DNA of 64,000 bases, from contig NC_042997.1 in the NCBI RefSeq assembly GCF_006345805.1, forward strand, positions 198,276,001-198,340,000. Reading direction: 5' to 3'. The stretch comes from Octopus sinensis (Eukaryota). Each line of letters opens with the position of its first letter. The first letter of the stretch is position 1. The notes beneath the pieces are model-generated. The model was not told the DNA's origin. It saw only the letters and a program-made list of their open reading frames with translations, and made no database searches. Shown one piece after another: positions 1 to 14,105 of this stretch. The position numbers were made by a program, and so were the translations under genes.

Positions 1-71
1 CGACTTAATCCGTTTGTCTGTCATTGTTTGTCCTCTCTGTGTTTAGCCCCTTGTGGGCAGAAGAGAAATAA

Positions 72-207
72 GAAGCTTGCTTCCCAACCACATGGCTCCG
101 AGTTCAGTGCCACTGCGTGGTACCTTGGGCAAGTGTCTTCTACTATAGCCTCGGTCCGATCAAATCTTATAAGTGGGTTTGATAGAAGGTATCTGAAAGA
201 AGCCCAT

Positions 208-252
<45 letters not shown>

Positions 253-475
253 GTGTCTGTTTGTGTCTATGTTTGTGCTCTACCCCACCATCGCTTGACA
301 ACCGATCTTGGTGTGTTTATGTCTCCGTAATATAGCGGTTCGTCAAAAAGAGACTGATAAAATAATTACTAGGCTTACAAAGAATAAGTCCTGAGATCGC
401 TTTGTTCGAGTAAAGGCGTTGCTCTAGCACGGCCTCAGTCAAGTGACTGACACAAGTAAAAGAATAAAAAAAATA
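72..475 (+). mobile_element. tRNA-derived SINE, family S1 (5'-truncated copy)
   Basis: B-box-like GAGTTCAGT, CCTTGGGCAAGTGTC body, internal (TA)n, 3' CAGTCAAGTGACTG stem-loop and A-rich tail; same sequence recurs about 10 times in the window. Confidence 0.85.
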
Positions 476-2130
476 TAAAATAAAATATTTGCGTATATCT
501 TTGGGTTTGATCATTTTCATTAACGATTCGAAAGTTTCCTACATTTGTCCCCTCAGTTCAATTTCGAATACAAGCCTTCATAAATCCATTCGATCATAAT
601 AAACCATGTCAAAATTTCAATAAATAATGTCTCATAGAGATCTCGTCTTCAGTTTGCACAAAAACATGCATCCTACGCAAACACACACATACACACACAC
701 ACACACATACATACATACATCAGTGAAAACGAAAGTAAATACGCTGATGTATTGAGGAATCAACTGCTGCTGCTCTATCCAGATCAAAAGTTCAGGTTTA
801 TACCTGAAATCCTTGGAGCACTGGGATATGTAAGACACTGTCTAAATACCAATCTTGAGAAATTAGGTTTCTAAAACAAGAAAGGTGAAAGCTTATACGA
901 AGACTATAGATATAAGCCATCATTGGGACTATAAAAATCTGTCAAGCTTTCCAAAAGTTTATCATTTAAGAATATATGACTGTCTTCTGTGAAAATGAAT
1001 CATCATATGTAGATAGATATATAGATAGATAGATAGATAGAGGGGGAGAGAGATAATGAGGCGGCAGAAAGGGATAGAGGCAGTGTATTTAACTCTAGGT
1101 TATTTCACTACATCCCTTTTAAGTCCTTTCTGTGTAATTTAAGACGTATCTGGCTATCATTTCCAGCATGCAGACCAAATAGTTATCCGTTTCCTCATTA
1201 TCTGTTTGTTTTTATTCTTATGTGGCAACAGCAAATACCACTAATTGCCAAACCTTTCGTTATAGACCGTTTATTTCTATCAGACTTAACATTTTTAACT
1301 GCCAATTTTCTTTATTTCGGTTGTTTTCTTCACTAAATTTGAAATTTGTGTCTCAAGTTATTTTGGAAGAGAATTTTTCTTCGAGTTATAGTAATTACTT
1401 CTTTTAGAAGCACCAGCCACATTTGTCTACAAAATAATAAACTTTTGGTTTAATTACACCCAAAATAAATACAATAAAAACATTTTATTGTTGTCACAGT
1501 TTTTTTTGCTTATTACTATACGGTAGACAGAAACTACATAAATCACTATTTTAAGCCTTTTCATAAGTGAAATCTCATTCATTCTTAATAATCAATCGAT
1601 TCTATGTTCATATCGATTACTCTACTGCTTTTTATAGATAAGGTTATTTTTTGCTTTCTAAATATAAAAAAGAACTAATAAGAATAGGTTACATCGGTGT
1701 TTTATATGTCTGATATGCTCTGTTTCTTTCTTATATTTGGATTTACCAGTCTAATCTAAGATCCCCTCTACGTAGTTATATATTAAACAATGACGCCCAC
1801 TCTATCGTACGAACGGATGAAATTAATAAAATTTCAATATGGCGTTCTCAGTAAATATTTTCTTATGAACATTAATATTATTATTGCGTTCCTTGATAAG
1901 TGTTATTTTCTCTTGTAGATATATAACCTCTTCCCTAATTTTTTACAATGAAATAGCAATGTCAATTTTATGTTTTATCGAAATATTTTTACACAAGTAA
2001 TTTCTCTCAGTATCAACTGCCCCAACATTTCCCATGTAATAAGTTTTGTAACAGAAAATCATTAGTTTTTTGCTCACCTAGGTGACGACTCATTAACGTT
2101 GATGTAGGAAGGAAACATTTTTTTAATTTA

Positions 2131-2395
2131 GAGGCTCGTGGCTTAGTGATTAGGGTGTCAGCATCATGATCGTAAGATTGTGGTTTCGATTACTGGACCG
2201 GGCGACGCGTTGTGTTCTTGAGCAAAACACTTCATTTCATGTTGCTCCAGTCCACTCAGCTGGCAAAAATGAGTAACGCTGCGATGGACTGGCGTCCCGT
2301 CCAGCTGGGGAACACATACGCCATAGAAACCGGGAAACTGGGCCCATGAGCCTGGCTAGGCTTTAAAAGGACGCATTTATTCATTATTATTTATT
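2131..2395 (+). mobile_element. tRNA-derived SINE, family S4
   Basis: A-box TGGCTTAGTG, B-box GGTTTCGATT, body GTGTTCTTGAGCAAAACAC...CCACTCAGCTGGCAAAAATGAGTA, (TTTA)-like tail. Confidence 0.75.
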
Positions 2396-5170
2396 AAATA
2401 TTTAAGTAAGAATTAATTGCTATATTATATTCAGCCTGAACTCATTACCTATATGAAAGTAGTCTCATTATCCGACGATTATATAAAGTGCCAGGTATCG
2501 ATGCCGTTTGTTGTAGAAATACGAAAATGTTAATAAATAGCTTATTGTTTATACCTAGAGAATTACTATGGGTTTTGCTGCTGGATTTTACAAAGAAAGT
2601 GTTCGTGATGACAAGATCATTCAGTGTTCAAACCCCCAGAAATCTCAGGCCATTATCTTTCATTCCCAATCCCGTGATGGTCAAGAATGCGTAGACAGGT
2701 GTGATGATTATTTCCTACAAAGCATTGAATTCACCAAGTCTGTAGAAACGCTTTTCTCTGTCTATCACTCGAACTGCATCTAGGAGAAAGTTATAGAAAT
2801 TTTTTTGAGGATGCACAAATTTCAAGGACAAAAGAACTGATGAGGTTCACCTATCCTTATGCTGTGAGAAGCCAGAAGGGCATAACTTGTTCTGAGATAC
2901 CTATTGATGTTATTGAAATAACACCGATATTGTACACGAAAGGAATTCCCACAATAATTAATATAACAACTATATTGAATGTTTAGGAAATAAGAAAAAA
3001 AAACAGTGAAAATATTTGAAAATTGGAAATGAAGATATTATAAATGAAGATAAATAAAATTATTATTTTCAGATATAAGGAGAAAATAGAGATTATAGAA
3101 ATGAATTTTTGTTGGAATTTATACTTTATTCTTTGTAATTTAAAATTTAAAAAATTGCATTTTGTTAAGAAAATAATTAATTCCTTGGGTGCCAAATTTT
3201 CCAATTCTATAAAATGCTTATACATATGTTTATGATTAAAACTTCTCAACACATTTTTTCGTATTACTATAATTATCCTAATTATAGTGGCTGTAGTCTC
3301 AAGAGCAATTTTGTTTATGAAAATCTTTTTCCTTAAAGTATATGATTACAGATATTCAATAAAAGCTTCCGAAAAATGTGATTTTAATCATGAAAGTATG
3401 AAGGCTTATAGAAAATCTAAAGAATAAATCTTTATCGATTGATGTACATTTTTAAAATTCCTTGTGGTATCAAAAGACACAAACAAATATGCTACGAGAT
3501 ATTCAGAAATACATTTTATAATTGGTATGAAGTCGATATCATTATTGATGTTACAAAGTATAACAGACATTTTTTTTACACTTCTCAAAAAACATGACAA
3601 GATTTAATGTTTGTATCTCTTTTAGAATTTTAGATATTTAACACCCCCAATATATTGTTTCGAATAATATTTATAACATTTTCTATTCGGAGTAACCAAT
3701 GAACAATGAATAGACAATTGTTTTCGAAAATTCTACTTGAAAAATATATACTACGAAAAATATTGAGAAATTACAAAATCTTAAAAAATTCGATTTTAAA
3801 CTTAAACAAGGTAAGCGCCAGATATTTTAGCAAAATTATGTAATACTTCTATGATGTTTTCTGTGTCGTTGTTACATTTTTCAAGAAACTGTTTTCAATA
3901 TTTCATAGAGATGTATTCTAAAATATACATTAAGACAAAGGGTTTAAATGATTCATTTTGTTTATGTGGATTTATACTTTCAAACTCTGTAGAGCTTCAA
4001 GATCTACCCAGCCTACATGTACTTTCTGCTTAAGAATTTCCAAATTGATATATTGGGATTAGTACATTTATCGAAAAATAATTCAATGGCTTCCTCAGAA
4101 TTTAAATGTCACTACACCTGAACTAACACGATGCAACCATATAATATGTCTTCACGGCGTATGTTTTTCGATAAATGTGTAGTAGCTAATCATGAAACAA
4201 ATACGTTGATAGCTTACACATTTAGTTCCTGAATAAAATGAGAAAATAAAATAGAAACACTTTCTTTAAGCTTTCTTTATTGAGAATAAAATCTTAACAT
4301 GAAAACAATCCTTTTAAGTTATCAAAACCATGTACCTCTTTTTCAAATATATGTTCCAAGGTAATGGTTCCTTGCTAGTTAATTTAACCTGTTTAGTTTT
4401 CTCTGGAATTCAGTGTTGCCTGATTTTTGACAGCGTTAAGCTCTACAAAGACAGGTGAGCGCCAAATCAGAAGATAAACTTTTGTCCCCACCTTCTTGAT
4501 ATTCAAATTTTTGTAACATACCGTTTGTTATGTCGCACGTTCGGATGTCTTCTTTTCAACCTACTCTCTGCTCTTCCCTTCTGCCGACTCTAGACTTCTC
4601 CCTCTATAGCTACGTATTGGGGGCGTCGACACAACACAGTTGTATACAACGAGCAAGTGAGAGAAGTTTCTGTATGGTTACTCAACGTGATTAGTAGTAA
4701 AAATTCCTCTCAAATCACAGCATCCAGCCTTAAAAGCTAATACACATATTGGATAAGGTAATTCTACATAAAACTTTACCAGAATGAAAAGTTACTGAAT
4801 GGAGCATTCTTTGATTATAGGTTTTCTTTGCTGAAGCTTAGCTAAGATTACAATAACAACAAGAAAAATGAAAACCAATATACTTAGTAGATTATGGCTA
4901 CATATCGCCTTCTGAATTTTCGATCAAATAACAATTCTTACTCGGAATTTCTCTTTACTAAATTGGATTCTAAAAAACTTGGTTCGGTGTATTTTGCACC
5001 ACTGACGGATATTTATACCTGACTCATATAGTTTTCCATAACAGAGATTGTTACATTCGGTGAATTCTTTCTTATTTACCCACTCACTCCACTCATTATT
5101 CATTTCTTTCGCATCTGCTTGTTCCTCATCGCTAAATCTGATTCTGTTCTACGTTCTAATAAACATTTCT

Positions 5171-5592
5171 GGGATCTTTTCGGTTTGAACGGCAGTTTTT
5201 AACATAATTTCTAGGTAACTAAAAAATTTTAAACTTCGTATACTGGTAGAATGTGTTAATAAAACATCTTTTTCTCTTGGCTTTATTGAGAAAATTTTAG
5301 AGTTTGTAAGATATTTGTTGTTTGTTTTCTTCAATTGCTGCAATTTCAACCAATCAATGACGTCCATTGAGGTAAAAACATTCTGTGCCGTATGAATATG
5401 TCCCTCGTTCAAGAAACAGATTGGGTTTATTTACATTTGTAAAGAAAAAAAAGATACCTTTTCTCCCCCTAACCCTAATCAAGCCTAACTAACGCTAAAA
5501 CAGATTGAAATGTAATAGATCGATAATAATTATGGATGACAATTTCATATGACACCGCTAGAAAAAACTACCGTTCAAACCGAAAATATCCC
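5171..5592. mobile_element. MITE / non-autonomous DNA transposon
   Basis: ~30-bp imperfect TIRs GGGATCTTTTCGGTTTGAACGGCAGTTTTT / AAAAACTACCGTTCAAACCGAAAATATCCC; ATTTCT duplicated on both sides (5165-5170, 5593-5598). Confidence 0.75.
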
Positions 5593-6163
5593 ATTTCTTA
5601 TTTGGGCCACAAGGTCATCAAATAGGAGGAGTGGAGAAATCGATCACATCCACACCCAGCATTCAACTATTACGAAAAGATGAAAAGCAAAGTCGACCTC
5701 GCCGGAATGTGAACTCAGAAAGTAAACACGGAAAAAATGCAGCTGAGCATTTTGTCCGGTGCGATAACGATTCTGCCAGCTGGCTACATTCTAATAAAAG
5801 TAGTGCTTACTTCAAAGCTATTTTAACAGGAAGGAAAATTTTAATTTCCGGAAATTTAAGCAATAGTCAAAGAGCTTAATGGCAGATACATAGAATAAGC
5901 CAAATTACTTGACAGTTGTGTAAATAATACATCTAGACAAAAGCACAATTGCCGGCAAGTGATCAGCTAAAATAAAATCAGTGTGTGCGCGCACACGAAC
6001 ACACTCGCGTCTGTCTATATGGTTATATATATATATATGTGTGTGTATGTACATGTACAAACATATATACGCATTCATATTTACGTCTCTACATTTATAT
6101 GCATATTTATGTACATATATATATATCATATGCACTTTATTAAAAAGCAGAAAATATATCACA

Positions 6164-6209
6164 AAAACTGCTATTCAGAGTTTCACGTTCCCGTTCGTCG
6201 GACAGTTTT
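6164..6209 (-). ncRNA. minimal type-I hammerhead ribozyme motif (U4C core), mirror copy
   Basis: Reverse complement of 6225-6270 with one substitution in stem I. Confidence 0.55.
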
Positions 6210-6224
6210 GCTTAGATTCTAAAC

Positions 6225-6270
6225 AAAACTGTCCGACGAACGGGAACGTGAAACTCTGAATAACAGTTTT
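6225..6270 (+). ncRNA. minimal type-I hammerhead ribozyme motif (U4C core)
   Basis: AAAACTGT-CCGACGA-ACG(GGAA)CGT-GAAA-CTCTGAA-TA-ACAGTTTT: 8-bp stem I, 3-bp stem II with GNRA loop. Confidence 0.6.
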
Positions 6271-6555
6271 TGTGAAATTTTTGCTGCTTTTTAATAGAGC
6301 ATATTACTCTACCTCTGGTATTCGAGTACTGTTTTTTTCTACTTTGTTTCGCATTTATGTGATTACTCTAGTCTGTGTGTGTGTATATATATATATTCAA
6401 ACATATAAGAGATGGCCATAATAGGACATCTGACTCACTAGAAAGAGCAGTTAAACTCCAAACCACTAATAGTTGTAATTCTGAAATGGAAAGAGAAATA
6501 AAAATGTTTAACCTATGGGGTAAACGTTTTTATGTTTGAATGTATATTACATAGT

Positions 6556-6970
6556 CTTTCTTTTACTTTTACTTTTACTTGTTTCAGTCATTTTGACTGC
6601 GGCCATGCTGGAGCACCGCCTTTTAGTCGAGCAACGCGACCCCGGGACTCATTCTTTTTGTAAGCCCAGTACTTATTCTATCTGTCTCTTTTTGCCGAAC
6701 CGCTAAGTGACGGGGACGTAAACACACCAGCATCGGTTGTCAAGCAATGCTAGGGGAAGAAACACAGACACACAAACACACACACATACATATATATACA
6801 TATATACGACAGGCTTCTTTCAGTTTCCGTCTACCAAATCCACTCACAAGGCATTGGTCGGCCCGGGGCTATAGCAGAAGACACTTGCCCAAGATGCCAC
6901 GCAGTGGGACTGAACCCGGAACCATGTGGTTGGTTAGCAAGCTACTTACCACACAGCCACCCCTGCGCCT
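6556..6970 (-). mobile_element. tRNA-derived SINE S1, full length
   Basis: Reverse complement of GGCGCAGGGGTGGCTGTGTGGTAAG head through CAGTCAAAATGACTGAAACAAG(TAAAAG)n tail. Confidence 0.9.
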
Positions 6971-7121
6971 ATTGACTATTTTTAGTCTATAGTCTATTGA
7001 CTATAGTCTATTGACTATTTTTTCTTTCTCACTGGAGAATTTTCTGGAATTTTTTTGCTACCCTAAAATTTATTAATTAATGATAAAAAAAATATATCTT
7101 TATATATATATAATTTATATA

Positions 7122-7164
<43 letters not shown>

Positions 7165-7177
<13 letters not shown>

Positions 7178-8158
7178 AAACTGAGAATGTGTGTCTGCCT
7201 GTCTGTCTGTGTGTTTCCCTAAAACTTGAGAACTACAGAACCAATTTCATTCACATTTTACACATGCCTTACTTAGGGTCCTGGGAGTGTCATCGGCCAA
7301 AATTTTGAACTTTTTGCCTAGGGCGAGCCCACAGCAAAATCATATCTTCTCCACTACGATTCCCTAAAACTTGAGAACTACACAACCAATTCCATTCAAA
7401 TTTTACACATGCCTTACTTTGGGTCCATGTAGTTTCGTGGGCAAAAAAAAGTTCAACTTCTTGCCTAGAGCGAGCCCATAGCAATATCATATCTTCTCCA
7501 CTATTTTAGTATTACGTATTAAAAGTGAAACAAAAACGTTTCTCTATTTTATGTCAGATACTTTCACTTTAACAATAAAAATAATAATAACAATTGAATT
7601 ATATGTAGTAAGTAATAATTAAAATCTAACTAAAGTAACATGATAAAAGTAAAAATAGCAACTGGTATAAAATTGCATCAATGGCTTGAACTTGAATAAG
7701 TGATTTCACATGAATGGGAATAAATTAAAAATATAATTAGCATGCAGAAATGGAAGAGTCCAGATGGATAATAAAAAATTAAATTAAAGAAAAGACTATT
7801 GTCTATAAAGTATACAATGTAGAGAAAAAAGATTTGAACACATGGAGGAAAGCACCTTCGAAAAGTGTCTTGGTGCGACTATGAAAGGTATCTAATCAGA
7901 GGCAGTAAATTAGCCACAATAGAAGCAAGGTTCGAGTCAACGGAGCGTGCATGGGAGTACTCGACTCGAACTTGCAAAGTGGTAATATTTTATTTTTACC
8001 TTTATATCAGGGACGTAGGACGTCCCGGGAAAAAATTTTTATTGCCCCCCCCCCCCCCCCCGAAGTAGAGGTAGGCTGGATTGTAGCCACACTTCTATAC
8101 CAGAGGGAGGACAAGATACAATTGATCGAAATTACAAGAGGCGGGCTAACAATTCTAG
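7165..8158 (+). mobile_element. non-autonomous Helitron-like element
   Basis: 5' TATATATAAAA followed by (TGTC)n, internal ~145-bp direct repeat (about 7216-7352 / 7360-7502), 3' end CTAG followed by T at 8155-8159. Confidence 0.55.
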
Positions 8159-8338
8159 TCTGTTATATATTTTGGGTATTGTTATCACTAGCGATATCAA
8201 GATATAACTTTGTATTTTGTATTTTATGTGTAGATGTATATATATAGATGTACATGTAATATGTACACATATATATACACATATATACATGCACTAGCAC
8301 TATGACCCAGCAACGACGGGTCTTTAATGCTAGTATAT

Positions 8339-8393
<55 letters not shown>

Positions 8394-8394
8394 G

Positions 8395-8578
8395 GCTCCA
8401 GCAGGCGGTGGTGGCGATCCCTGCTGTACTCTTTTGCCACAACTTTCTCTCCCTCTTTCTTCTGTTGGCCTGCTCGCTTAGCTAGGGCGGTGGCGTCATT
8501 TGAAGACTAAAACAATGCGAAGCGCATTGTGACGAGCGATGTGTAGCAACATCTGATAGGCTGGTCGGTCACGGTGAT
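8395..8578 (+). mobile_element. SINE S3, 3' portion
   Basis: Reverse complement of the 3' half of the copies at 29960-30256 and 48810-49106. Confidence 0.75.
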
Positions 8579-8844
8579 ATATATATATATTGTTGCAGTG
8601 ATGGATTGGATCTGTAGTCTTCGGATTAGCTTTCTCCTTTCTGGTTTTGAGAAGCTTAATTTCTCAACATTGGTATTTAGGCAGTGTGTTACATATCCTG
8701 GGGCTCCAATAATTTCAGGTATATACCTAACTTATGTTCTGGATAGAGTAACTGCAGATTTTTCAATAGTTCAGCGTAGGTGTTCTCTTTTTAATTGATC
8801 TTCAGCTTTAAGTTAACATGTATGTACGTTTGTAAGTATACATA

Positions 8845-8923
<79 letters not shown>

Positions 8924-8924
8924 A

Positions 8925-8966
<42 letters not shown>

Positions 8967-9716
8967 CATATATATATAAAATAACAAATTAATAAATAAA
9001 ACATATGCCTATGTACATACATATATGTACGTATCTACATCTATATGTATATCTACATGCATATATGGGTATAGGACACCAAAGAAAACGTCGAACACAA
9101 TGAGAAACGAAAACATAAACACAAAACTTCATCTACTCCGCGTTTCGAAGGTCAAGGCGAGACACCACTTCGGTGAAACATTCCTTCCCGCAAAAAGCAA
9201 ATTCAATAAAATTTGAGATTTTTTTGCGGAGGGGTAAAAATGGTAACAAAAACAGGACAGTAAAGACAGTACAAATTATAAACTGTAAAAGACAGGGCAA
9301 GGAGAATAACAGTAAAACACACAATGAGGGCTGTTAAGCCAAACGAGAGAACATATTACGAACGCTTGTTGAGAACGGCAGAGAGACACAGAAAAGCCGT
9401 CTACACTCGGGGGAAGCGAGGTCAGAAAGGCAGTAGTTTTTTCGTCGCTGGTCAACGACGGGACAGAGGAGGAGTAAGAGAGAGAGGAGATGGAATGGTT
9501 GTAGAGAAAACCAGAAACAATGAAGAATGAGAGAGAGAGAGAGAGAGACAGACGGACAGTAAGGTAGAAGCAAAGGAAACCAGAAAGAATGAATGCTGAG
9601 AAAGGGAGGGGGACAGATATATTGGGTAAATATATATATATATACATATGTATATATATATATGTATATATATATATATGTATATATATATATGTATATA
9701 TATGTATATATATATG

Positions 9717-9759
<43 letters not shown>

Positions 9760-10161
9760 GTTTTGTATATATTCATACATACACACGCATATATGCTTAT
9801 ATATTTACATATATACGCATATATATGCGTGTGCTTGTGCGTGCGCATGTATGTATACATACACACATATACACATGAAAATATACGTATATACGTATGT
9901 ATGAATGTATGTATCACAATTCTTTAAAATCTCGCGACGCATATGTTAAAGACTAATGAACCATTCTGATATTTTTGAGCAGTCAAATTCGACATTGTGA
10001 CAAGAAGCTATTTCTTTTTTCTAAATAAAGACAAATGGTTCGAATGGAATTGAGAAACAGTTATCTAACAAAATCTCTCTTCAGAATTGACAGCTTAGAA
10101 TCTCTAAAGCTGTAAACATAGCTTGTCTGAATAGCTGTTGCTTCTGAATATAAATTATTCA

Positions 10162-10480
10162 TTGGAATAAGCATATTAATAGTTATCGCCAAGCTAATAT
10201 AGCAGTCCAGAAATATAGGACGAATGCTGCCGTTGATTAACTCTAAGAGGCCATCGCCTCTAGCTAGCTATGTGACACACGAACCTGTGTCCATTATAGC
10301 CTTCTAACAGGGTAGGTCAGCCGCTTCGCCTTGCTGGTCAGGCATCTGCAGACTAGTTTCAGGGTGTTTCTGAACTGCCGTATTAGCTTGGCGATAACTA
10401 TTGATATCCAGTACCGCTGACCCTAGTCTCCTTTAGAGAGACTTAGAAATTATAATATTTCTATTTTTGGAATAAGCATA
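10162..10480. mobile_element. insertion with internal inverted repeat flanked by 14-bp direct repeat
   Basis: TTGGAATAAGCATA at 10162-10175 and 10467-10480; ~42-bp inverted arms 10173-10214 / 10366-10407. Confidence 0.6.
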
Positions 10481-10993
10481 GTTTTGACAAAATTGCCAAA
10501 GACTATATATTAATTTTTTTGTACAGATTTTTTCTCATAAATAATATTAATGTGATAAATTTGATATAAGCTACAAAGTTTGGCACAAGGCCAGCAATTT
10601 CCGAGGAGGGGGCTAGTCGTTTACATCGGCTCTAGTACTCATCTGGTATTTATTTTATGGACCACGAAACGATGACCTCTGCGGAATTTGAACTTAGAAC
10701 GTAAAGTTGAATGAAACGCCGCTAAGCATTTTACCCGACATGCAAACTATTCTGCCGGCTCGTCACCTTAACGTGATAAATTTAATATAACCTGCAATAT
10801 TTATAACACGCCATATATTCTTTTGAATGTTTCAAGGATGTTAAAATATTATGAATGATGTCGTCTTAAGTGTAAGTTGTAAATTCAGTTTCAAATAAAA
10901 TATCCCGAGACACTTTCTGCATGCTAACTGTCATTTAAGTCCATTAAAGCGTGTTTATTAAGGGAGCACTAAATAATGATTAGAATCACACAT

Positions 10994-11034
<41 letters not shown>

Positions 11035-11297
11035 AGAATACGAATCTTTATCGACGACTGAGGCTATATATTTATTTTCGCAGCGATTACAGGAAATATC
11101 TGCAGATATGTTTCAGCTTCTTGTGGATAACATCTTAGAGTTAGCATTTTTGTTATTCGATTCTCAACAGGTCTAAAAGAAGACTTCATATATATATATA
11201 TAAAATTAATCAAAGGACATACTAAGTATGTCTACCTGCTTGAAATAACAGTCAACATTCTCAGTTATTTCAAGCAGGTAGATGATGGTGGACGTTA

Positions 11298-12363
11298 TCG
11301 ACTCCTTACTTGTTTTTCTAAAATGCACCATAAATGTTCAATAATATTGAGATCTGCGGACTGTGGTGGCCAGATAAGATGTTCAACTTGACTAGAACAG
11401 TCCTCGTGTCATTCAGTAACAACTTTAGCTGTGTGAATTGGTGCATTATCATCCTGAAAGACTGCGTTTCTTTCCAGAAACATTTCTGCAACTATAGGAT
11501 GAATTTGATCAGATAAAATTCATAGTATTGACTATGAATTCTGCCATGAAGGGAAAACATTGGGCCAGCGGATTTCCAAGATATAGCTTCCCACCCCCAG
11601 ATCACCACTGATCCTCCTCCACGTTTAACAGTTGAAAGAAGGCAGTCTCGGTCAAATGTTTCTTTTGGCTGTCTCCATACGTTTACTCGGCCAGTGGTCG
11701 GAAATAAAGTAAAGGATGACTCATCCGAGAAAACGTTCTTCCACTGCTCTAGGGTCTAGTTCTGTAGGTTTTTACTCCACTCTAAACGCTTTCCAACGTT
11801 TGCTTTTGAAAGTAGTGGTTTTCTGATTTCAGCCTTCCCGTGAAATTCGGTTTTGTGCAGCTCATGGCGAACAGTTTTTGTAGAAACTGGGTTCCCTAGG
11901 TGGTCATTAAGCTCTGCAGTAATTTTGAGAGCTGTACCCTTTGTGATCCTTTCTAACAATTCGTGTAAGGGTCCGACGGTTCCTATCTGAAAGTTTTGGT
12001 TTTCTTCCGGAGTTTTGTTTCGACGAGGAGGTTGTTCTCTCTTTCTCAAAGCTGTCTTTACTTTCGAGACAGTTCTTCTTGATACACCAACATTTCGGTT
12101 GTGTTCGTTACGCTAACGCCTACCATTAGAGCACCAGCAATTTGACCTCTTTGAAAGTTTGATAGATCTGTCATTTTAATTAATTTTAATTACACTTTTC
12201 TGATGATATCTGAAAAGAAACAGCAATTTTAGAAAAACATATTAAGCAACACTAATAGTAAATAAAAAAACATAAAAATATACAAACTTTTGACGGTTTT
12301 ATAGATATTTCAAAATTATGATGCTATGATGCTAGGTGTTTCCATTATTCTGTACAACCCCTG
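11298..12363 (-). mobile_element. Tc1-family DNA transposon remnant (degraded DD34E transposase)
   Basis: Minus-strand fragments RKPLLSKANVGKRLEW, VFSDESSF, FQDDNAPIH, WPPQSADLNIIEHLW; ATG at 12174; one TIR CAGGGGTTGTACAGAATAATGGAAACACC ending 12363; stops and frameshifts; other end missing. Confidence 0.9.
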
Positions 12364-12789
12364 GACTTTCAGGCATCCAACAAAATATTTAGCGGTATTT
12401 CTTTCAGCTCTTTACGTTCTAAGTTCAATTCCCGCTGAGGTCAACTTTGCCGATTATCCTCTCGGAATCGATACAATGACGTGCTAATCCGTTAGTGAGG
12501 GTGACGTGATGCACTAACTCGCTCCTCCAAAATTTCCGGCCGTATTCCAGAAGAATTGTTAGTGCTTGGCGGCATTCGCTCCGGCTCTTTCCGTTCTGAG
12601 TTCAAACTCCGCTGAGTATGACTTTTGTGTTTTATTCTCTCTGGGTTGACCAAATAAGTACCAGTTGAGCACTGGGATCAATGTAATTTTATTCACTCTC
12701 CCCCACCCCTAAAGATTGCTGGCTGGATGCCAATATTGTAAAATGCTTGAATATCACCTGGTCAACTCATATCCGTAAAGATGCATTCA

Positions 12790-13362
12790 AATTTTGGCAC
12801 AAGGCTAGAGATTTCAATGGATGGAATAAAGTCGATTACATTGACCCCAGTGCCAGACTGGTGCTTATTTTATCGACCTTGAAAGTGTAAAATGCAGAGG
12901 CGACTTAAGTGGAGTTTGAACTCAGAATATAAAGATGAACGAAATTCCTATTTCTTTACTACCCACAAGGGGCTAAACACAGAGAGGACAAACAAGGACA
13001 GACAAACGGATTAAGACGATGACATCGACCCTAATGCGTAACTGGTATTTGTTTAATCGATTCCGAAAGGATAAAAGGCAAAGTGGACCTCGGCGGAATT
13101 TGAACTCAGAACGTAGCGGCAGACGAAATACCTATTTCTTTACTACCCACAAGGGGCTAAACACAGAGAAGACAAACAAGGACAGACAAACGGATTAAGT
13201 CGATTATATCGACCCCAGTGCGTAACTGGTACTTAATTTATCGACCCCGAAAGGATGAAAAGCAAAGTCGACCTCGGCGGAATTTGAACTCAGAACGAGA
13301 GCGGCAGACGAAATACGGCTACGCATTTCGCCCGGTGTGCTTAATGATTCTGCCAGCTCGCT
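12790..13362 (-). mobile_element. SINE S2 tandem multimer
   Basis: About three head-to-tail ~180-bp units containing GAGTTCAAATTCCGCCGAGGTCGACTTTGC...GGGGTCGATAAATTAAGTACCAG. Confidence 0.85.
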
Positions 13363-14105
13363 ACTTTTATGCCAATAATACACTTCACATTAGTGCAATA
13401 AAAATTTAGAACCTTTCATATGTCCACTTTAATCTACCAGAACACGCAGATTCTCATTAACGAGTGAGGTCCGAATTAGATGAGTTATTGTTACAAAACA
13501 CTATTCTTATTTATTTACTATGACATCAATTAGTAACAACAAGATAAAACTTGATATTTATAAAACACCATAGATAAAGGAAAAGGAATTCAATTTTCTG
13601 ACAGACTCGTATCACAAATTTCTCGAATAAATCGTTGTGAAAAGAAAGACCCACCTAAACTATAAGATGTTCAAAGACTTACTATCACACAAAACCCATT
13701 CGTCTGAAGGCAACAACACAATGGTGTCTGTGAATCCTAATAAGAGTTACTATTGTCATATTAAATTAGACTAAGTTTCGATTATTTAAAAAATATTTCC
13801 AAGCAATGAAAATAGCTAATTGCTTTACTTTGTTAATGACCGTGTGATTTTCTTTACAATATGTAGCGCCATTCACTAATTATATGATATCTATAGTTTC
13901 TAAACGATACAAGTTTACAATTTAACATCTTGTTTGTTGTATGTGTACTAATGAGAACATTGTCTCAGGATATAGGTGGGAACACATACGCTTTATTAAT
14001 TTGAAATTCTGTTGAAATATTCCTTCTGTTTACTTTCTGAATTACTTGTGGATTGAAGGTTTCGAATTGAGATCTTTCAGCTTTATTACACAACAGAAAT
14101 AAACC

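Noticed and set aside
2838-2850. Isolated CTGATGAG (also 46099 and CTGACGA near 30937)
   Set aside because: No correctly placed GAAA with stems; expected by chance.
9128-9180. Minus-strand CCGAAGT...GAAACGCG and similar string at 24855-24905
   Set aside because: Multiple core mismatches and broken stems.
9276-9927. Long ORFs rich in YI/CV/HT repeats (also 14793-15311, 21828-22741, 35883-36206, 39339-40664, 49181-50146, 53309-53822)
   Set aside because: Translations of (TA)n/(CA)n microsatellites, which lack stop codons; no domain signal.
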